From Cyanobacteria bacterium J06626_4 (GTDB taxonomy: Bacteria > Cyanobacteriota > Cyanobacteriia > Phormidesmidales > Phormidesmidaceae), in NCBI GenBank assembly GCA_038523235.1, contig JBCBJQ010000045.1, positions 1 through 43,317 on the forward strand: a DNA stretch of 43,317 nt, in the 5' to 3' direction. The notes beneath the pieces are model-generated. The model had not been told where the DNA came from, did no database searches, and was given only the letters and a program-made list of their open reading frames with translations. A program made the translations under genes and the position numbers. The number at the start of each line of letters is the position of its first letter. Position 1 is the stretch's first letter. Below, one piece after another: positions 39,150-43,317 of this stretch.

Positions 39150-40130
39150 ATGCCTGCTGATGAATCGCCCTATTCCAGTACGCCTGCCGGTGCCGCCAAC
39201 ACCCCTTTAAGTTCAACCACGACCGCCAATGCCAACAGCACCGAGAGCAAAGTACAGGCTGATTTGGCTCGTATGGTGCGGGAGGCCGCTAGCGACTTAG
39301 AACGCAAAAAGCGCTCTTTAGAACTAGAAATCGAAAAGTTAGAACGTCGCCGCGATCGCATCAATGCAGAAATGAAAACGTCGTTTGCTGGCGCTTCTCA
39401 AGATCTCGCGGTGCGCGTTCAAAGTTTTAAGGAATATTTGGTCGGCAGTTTGCAAGATTTGGCCACCTCTGCCGAACAGCTACAACTCGCTCCCTCAGAA
39501 GCTTCCTCAACTCGCCGAAATGCTGCTCAGCCGCCATCACCCGAGCCAGAAGCGCCCGCACCGCCACCGACCACAGTAGCCACTTCCCAGTACCTGCGAG
39601 ACACGGAACGCATTCAAAGTCTGCTCGATCAGTACCGTCTGCGGCCTGACTACTACGGCCCCGTTTGGCAGTTGAGGCGCACCTTCGAACCGATTCATGC
39701 TGATCGGGTCGCCAATTGGTGTTTGGCTCAGGGCGGAAGGGGGGCGGTCAAAACCTTAAACAGCCGCCTGCAGAACGTCCTGGTCGCATCAGCGGCAATC
39801 TCGCTTCTGCACACGATGCACGGCGATCGCCTGCGGGTTCTAGTGCTGGCGAATAGTCCTGAACGGTTGGGTGATTGGCGTCGCGGCTTCCAAGATTGCT
39901 TAGGCGTTTCGCGAGGCGACTTTGGCACCCGCAGCGGCATTATGCTGTTTGAATCGTCAGAACCGATGGCCCAACGTGCCGAACGCTTACTGGAAAACAA
40001 CTATCTGCCGTTGATCATCATTGATGAATCAGAAGGCAAAATTGCCTTATCGATTTTGCAATTCCCGCTTTGGCTGGCGATCGCCCCCGACCCAGCCAAC
40101 CCAACCTCTGAATACTACGAGTTTGCCTGA
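39150..40130 (+). CDS. DUF3086-family coiled-coil protein
   Basis: LEIEKLERRRDRI..EM..SFAGASQDLAVRVQSFK; PDYYGPVWQLRRTFE; follows mlaE-DUF3119. Confidence 0.82.
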   Translation: MPADESPYSSTPAGAANTPLSSTTTANANSTESKVQADLARMVREAASDLERKKRSLELEIEKLERRRDRINAEMKTSFAGASQDLAVRVQSFKEYLVGSLQDLATSAEQLQLAPSEASSTRRNAAQPPSPEPEAPAPPPTTVATSQYLRDTERIQSLLDQYRLRPDYYGPVWQLRRTFEPIHADRVANWCLAQGGRGAVKTLNSRLQNVLVASAAISLLHTMHGDRLRVLVLANSPERLGDWRRGFQDCLGVSRGDFGTRSGIMLFESSEPMAQRAERLLENNYLPLIIIDESEGKIALSILQFPLWLAIAPDPANPTSEYYEFA

Positions 40131-40205
40131 CAAACGGTGTTTCCAGCCCCCACCTGGCCTGAGATTGCTCTAACATTTTTAGATTAGGCGAGCAGTTCAC
40201 ATCCA

Positions 40206-40685
40206 TCAGAGATCGCGGCGGGCTCGCTGGTCTCTGCGATATTGGCGATATTCTCGGTGTTCAACATAGCGTTTTAACTGCCGCGCCATGCGTCGCATGC
40301 CTTGCTTCTCATCTTGACGAATAAAGGGCAGAAAAATATTCGACAACGTTCCTCTAAACCTTTCTTGATGGGTGTAAAGAGTACGTGTGGGGCTCAGGTC
40401 TTGTATTTCAAAGGAGTGCTCGCTCTTAAACCCCGGCATTCTAGCCACCCAACGCAGACAAACGTGAGGCTGCACTAGCGTGATCAACGGTTCGAAGTCG
40501 GTCGACTCATCGTCTTCTAAGCGGCGAATTGACAAAAAAATCTCACGCCCCTGATGAATGGCCAAAGCGGGATCACCATCAAACAAAAAAGTGTTCCAGC
40601 GCCGCCACTCGTCTTTGCGCATCAGCGCCTCCCAAATAAGTGAGCGCGGGGCATTAATTTCAATCTCAGTACGCAGTGTGGGCAT
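40206..40685 (-). CDS. SRPBCC/polyketide cyclase-dehydrase family protein
   Basis: RTEIEINAP...IWEAL...WRRWN; HQERFRG; C-terminal helix. Confidence 0.85.
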   Translation of the reverse strand: MPTLRTEIEINAPRSLIWEALMRKDEWRRWNTFLFDGDPALAIHQGREIFLSIRRLEDDESTDFEPLITLVQPHVCLRWVARMPGFKSEHSFEIQDLSPTRTLYTHQERFRGTLSNIFLPFIRQDEKQGMRRMARQLKRYVEHREYRQYRRDQRARRDL

Positions 40686-41029
40686 CGGATTAGCAGACGA
40701 TCTTCCTTAATAAACCGATAAAAGACAGCTTGGGTTAGAGAGCACTGACTGGTGGGTTAACTCAGATTCCCGACCGGAAATCTTGACACCCATAGCCACA
40801 GACCTGATGAAGGAAAGGGGGAAGGCTGAGGCCCAGAAAACCTATCGTCAACGTCAAGCAACAGACTCCCGATGCCGACTTCCCAAGGCCTCATTCAGGT
40901 CAGCATTCCTCTACTTTAGTCAGTCTCATCAGTTTCCTCATCCCAAATCGACATACTATTCTCTTACAGTTTGCCTTGCTGTCAGAACGCCCCACCACTT
41001 TGTGCCCTCGCCCTATCACGGAAAATTTC

Positions 41030-42421
41030 ATGGTTCAACTCACGCCTAACGCTAGCTACGGTCTGACCCTCCGCCTCAAGTTACCCAACCAGACCGGTAT
41101 GTTGGCTCAAGTGACCCAAGCGATCGCCACCGCTGGGGGCAACCTCGAAGATATTCAGTTGTTGGAGCGACAGCGTCAATTCGTAATTCGAGACATCACG
41201 GTAGATGCGGCCAGCAGTGAACAGGCTGAGAACATCGTAGCTAACGTCAAAAGCCTGGATCAGATGCAGGTACTGCAAGTCAAAGATCGCACATTTGACC
41301 TGCATGAAGGCGGCAAAATTGAGGTCACCAGCCGCGTTGCCGTCCGCAATCAAGATGATCTGGCGATGGCCTACACGCCTGGTGTCGGACGCGTCTGCCA
41401 GGCGATCGCGGCTGAGCCAGAGCGGGTATATGACCTCACGGTAAAGCAAAACATGGTGGCGATCGTCACGGACGGTAGCGCTGTGCTGGGGCTAGGTAAT
41501 TTGGGTCCAGAAGGCGCCCTGCCCGTGATGGAAGGCAAAGCACTGTTGTTCAAAGAATTTGCGGGCATTGATGCCTTTCCGGTATGCCTGGCCACACAGA
41601 ATACTGAGGAAATCATCGAGACCGTCAAGCGGATTGCCCCTGTCTTTGGCGGCATCAATTTGGAAGACATTAGCGCCCCCCGCTGCTTTGAGATTGAGAC
41701 ACAACTCAAACAAGAACTTGATATTCCCGTCTTCCATGATGATCAGCACGGTACCGCGATTGTGGTGCTAGCAGCGTTGACGAACGCTCTCAAACTCGTG
41801 GGCAAATCCTTTGCCGAAATTCGGATTGTGATCAATGGCGCGGGGGCCGCCGGCGTCGCGATCGCTCTGCTATTGCAAAGGGCAGGTGCTCAGACCATTC
41901 TGATGTGTGACTCCAAGGGCATCATTGCGCGCGATCGCACTGACCTGAATGCACAGAAGCAGCAATTTGCCGTAGCCGAGTCCGGTACGCTGGCTGACGC
42001 CATGCAGCAGGCCGATGTCTTTTTAGGCGTTAGCGCACCCGGTGTCGTTTCGGTAGAGATGGTGAAATCCATGGCAGCTGAGCCGATTGTGTTGGCAATG
42101 GCGAACCCGATCCCCGAAATTCAGCCGGAGTTAGTCGCCGGTCTCGTTGCCGTCATGGCGACGGGCCGAAGTGACTATCCCAACCAGATCAATAACGTTC
42201 TGGCTTTTCCAGGTATCCTACGCGGCGCACTAGACTGTCGTGCGAAAGCGATGACGACCCTCATGTTCTTAGAAGCTGCTAAGGCGATCGCGGCCCTAGT
42301 CAGCCCGGATGAACTCAGCACTGAGCACATTATTCCTTCCGTCTTTGATCCTCGCGTGGCGATCGCAGTTTCCACTGCTGTACAGCAAGCCGCTCGCCAA
42401 GAAGGCATCGCTCGTATTTGA
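41030..42421 (+). CDS. NAD(P)-dependent malic enzyme with N-terminal ACT domain
   Basis: AYTPGVG, TDGSAVLGLG, VMEGK, NLEDI, HDDQHGT, GAGAAG, ATGRSDYPNQINN; ATG at 41030. Confidence 0.95.
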   Translation: MVQLTPNASYGLTLRLKLPNQTGMLAQVTQAIATAGGNLEDIQLLERQRQFVIRDITVDAASSEQAENIVANVKSLDQMQVLQVKDRTFDLHEGGKIEVTSRVAVRNQDDLAMAYTPGVGRVCQAIAAEPERVYDLTVKQNMVAIVTDGSAVLGLGNLGPEGALPVMEGKALLFKEFAGIDAFPVCLATQNTEEIIETVKRIAPVFGGINLEDISAPRCFEIETQLKQELDIPVFHDDQHGTAIVVLAALTNALKLVGKSFAEIRIVINGAGAAGVAIALLLQRAGAQTILMCDSKGIIARDRTDLNAQKQQFAVAESGTLADAMQQADVFLGVSAPGVVSVEMVKSMAAEPIVLAMANPIPEIQPELVAGLVAVMATGRSDYPNQINNVLAFPGILRGALDCRAKAMTTLMFLEAAKAIAALVSPDELSTEHIIPSVFDPRVAIAVSTAVQQAARQEGIARI

Positions 42422-42492
42422 TCTCTCCGAAGTGAGAGTGGTAGCGAATCATTGCCCCGGTAAGATGATGAAGATAGTTAGGAGAAGTCTGT

Positions 42493-42975
42493 ATGTTGGA
42501 CGAACAAGCTAAAAAAACACTGCTGCGGAAAATTCCCCACGGACTGTATATCTGCGGTGTGCGTAACGGTGACGAGCTGAACGGATTTACGGCGAGCTGG
42601 GTCATGCAGGCCTCTTTTCAGCCCCCCCTCGTGGTGAACTGTGTGAAAAATGACTCGACTTCCCACGAGATGGTCAAACAGAGCGGCGTCTTTGCTCTGA
42701 GCATTTTAGAAGCGGGTCAAAAGGATATGGCTCAAAATTTCTTCAAGCCCTTACGCCGCGTCGGCAACAAGTTTGAAGATATCGAATTTTACGAAGCGCC
42801 TGAAACGAGCTGTCCTGTGATTAAGGACACCCTGGGTTATGTGGAATGCCGAGTTGTCGGCAGCGTGGAGCATGGCGACCATACAGTTTTTGTCGGTGAA
42901 GTCGTGGGGGCAGCTGTGCATCACGAGGGTGAGCCGCTGCTGCTAGAAAGTACCGGCTGGAACTACGGTGGCTAA
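42493..42975 (+). CDS. Flavin reductase-family protein
   Basis: NGFTASWVMQASFQPPLV, GDHTVFVGEV; AGGAG RBS. Confidence 0.92.
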   Translation: MLDEQAKKTLLRKIPHGLYICGVRNGDELNGFTASWVMQASFQPPLVVNCVKNDSTSHEMVKQSGVFALSILEAGQKDMAQNFFKPLRRVGNKFEDIEFYEAPETSCPVIKDTLGYVECRVVGSVEHGDHTVFVGEVVGAAVHHEGEPLLLESTGWNYGG

Positions 42976-43079
42976 ACGGCAGGTTAACTAAAGAGACCTG
43001 ACACCATTCCAGCCTGATTATTTTTTTAGTTTGGAAGCTTGGCTGCAAAGCGTTAATCTTAGAACTCAAATGCACATAC

Positions 43080-43116
43080 AAAAAGCAGCGCCCTCCCGTT
43101 GGGGAGAGCGCTGCTT
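43080..43116 (-). terminator. Intrinsic terminator of psbA
   Basis: Minus strand reads AAGCAGCGCTCTCCCCAACGGGAGGGCGCTGCTTTTT. Confidence 0.85.
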
Positions 43117-43150
43117 CAAATGAAGCTCAGCCTAGCTGAACTGCTAAGAA

Positions 43151-43317
<167 letters not shown>

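Noticed and set aside
40783..41000. Possible cobalamin riboswitch (GTCAGAACGCCC) or hammerhead (CTGATGA...GAAA) upstream of the malic enzyme
   Set aside because: No B12-box upstream core elements, and the hammerhead stem II cannot form

Overview
Chromosomal window from a cyanobacterium. HIP1 (GCGATCGC) sites are frequent and nblS, psaK and psbA are present. The short D1 C-terminal extension suggests a Prochlorothrix/Nodosilinea/Halomicronema-type lineage (inference). It is mostly core genes: ppa, a multi-PAS class III adenylate cyclase, purD, nblS/hik33, an HglK-like RDD-HEAT-pentapeptide protein, eda, ftn6-like, a Get3/ArsA ATPase, FKBP, a TpsB transporter, psaK, ftsQ-ftsZ-thiD, SRP RNA, ugd/uxs, an M16 peptidase pair, mlaE, malic enzyme and the 3' end of psbA. 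The only accessory segment is a 3-kb IS pile-up (19710-22679). There, three IS630-type elements sit in tandem at one TA target, with IS5 and IS1 remnants nested in the first and a perfect 60-bp palindrome at one junction. Other unexplained structure includes two copies of a ~180-bp MITE, a REP-like element, a switchable inverted-repeat element at 37175-37254, and a candidate sRNA/attenuator + hypothetical + HTH + small-protein module at 833-2610. I see no CRISPR array, prophage, defence island or clearly novel multi-gene system. The 833-2610 module and the 37.2-kb repeat are the best, still speculative, candidates.
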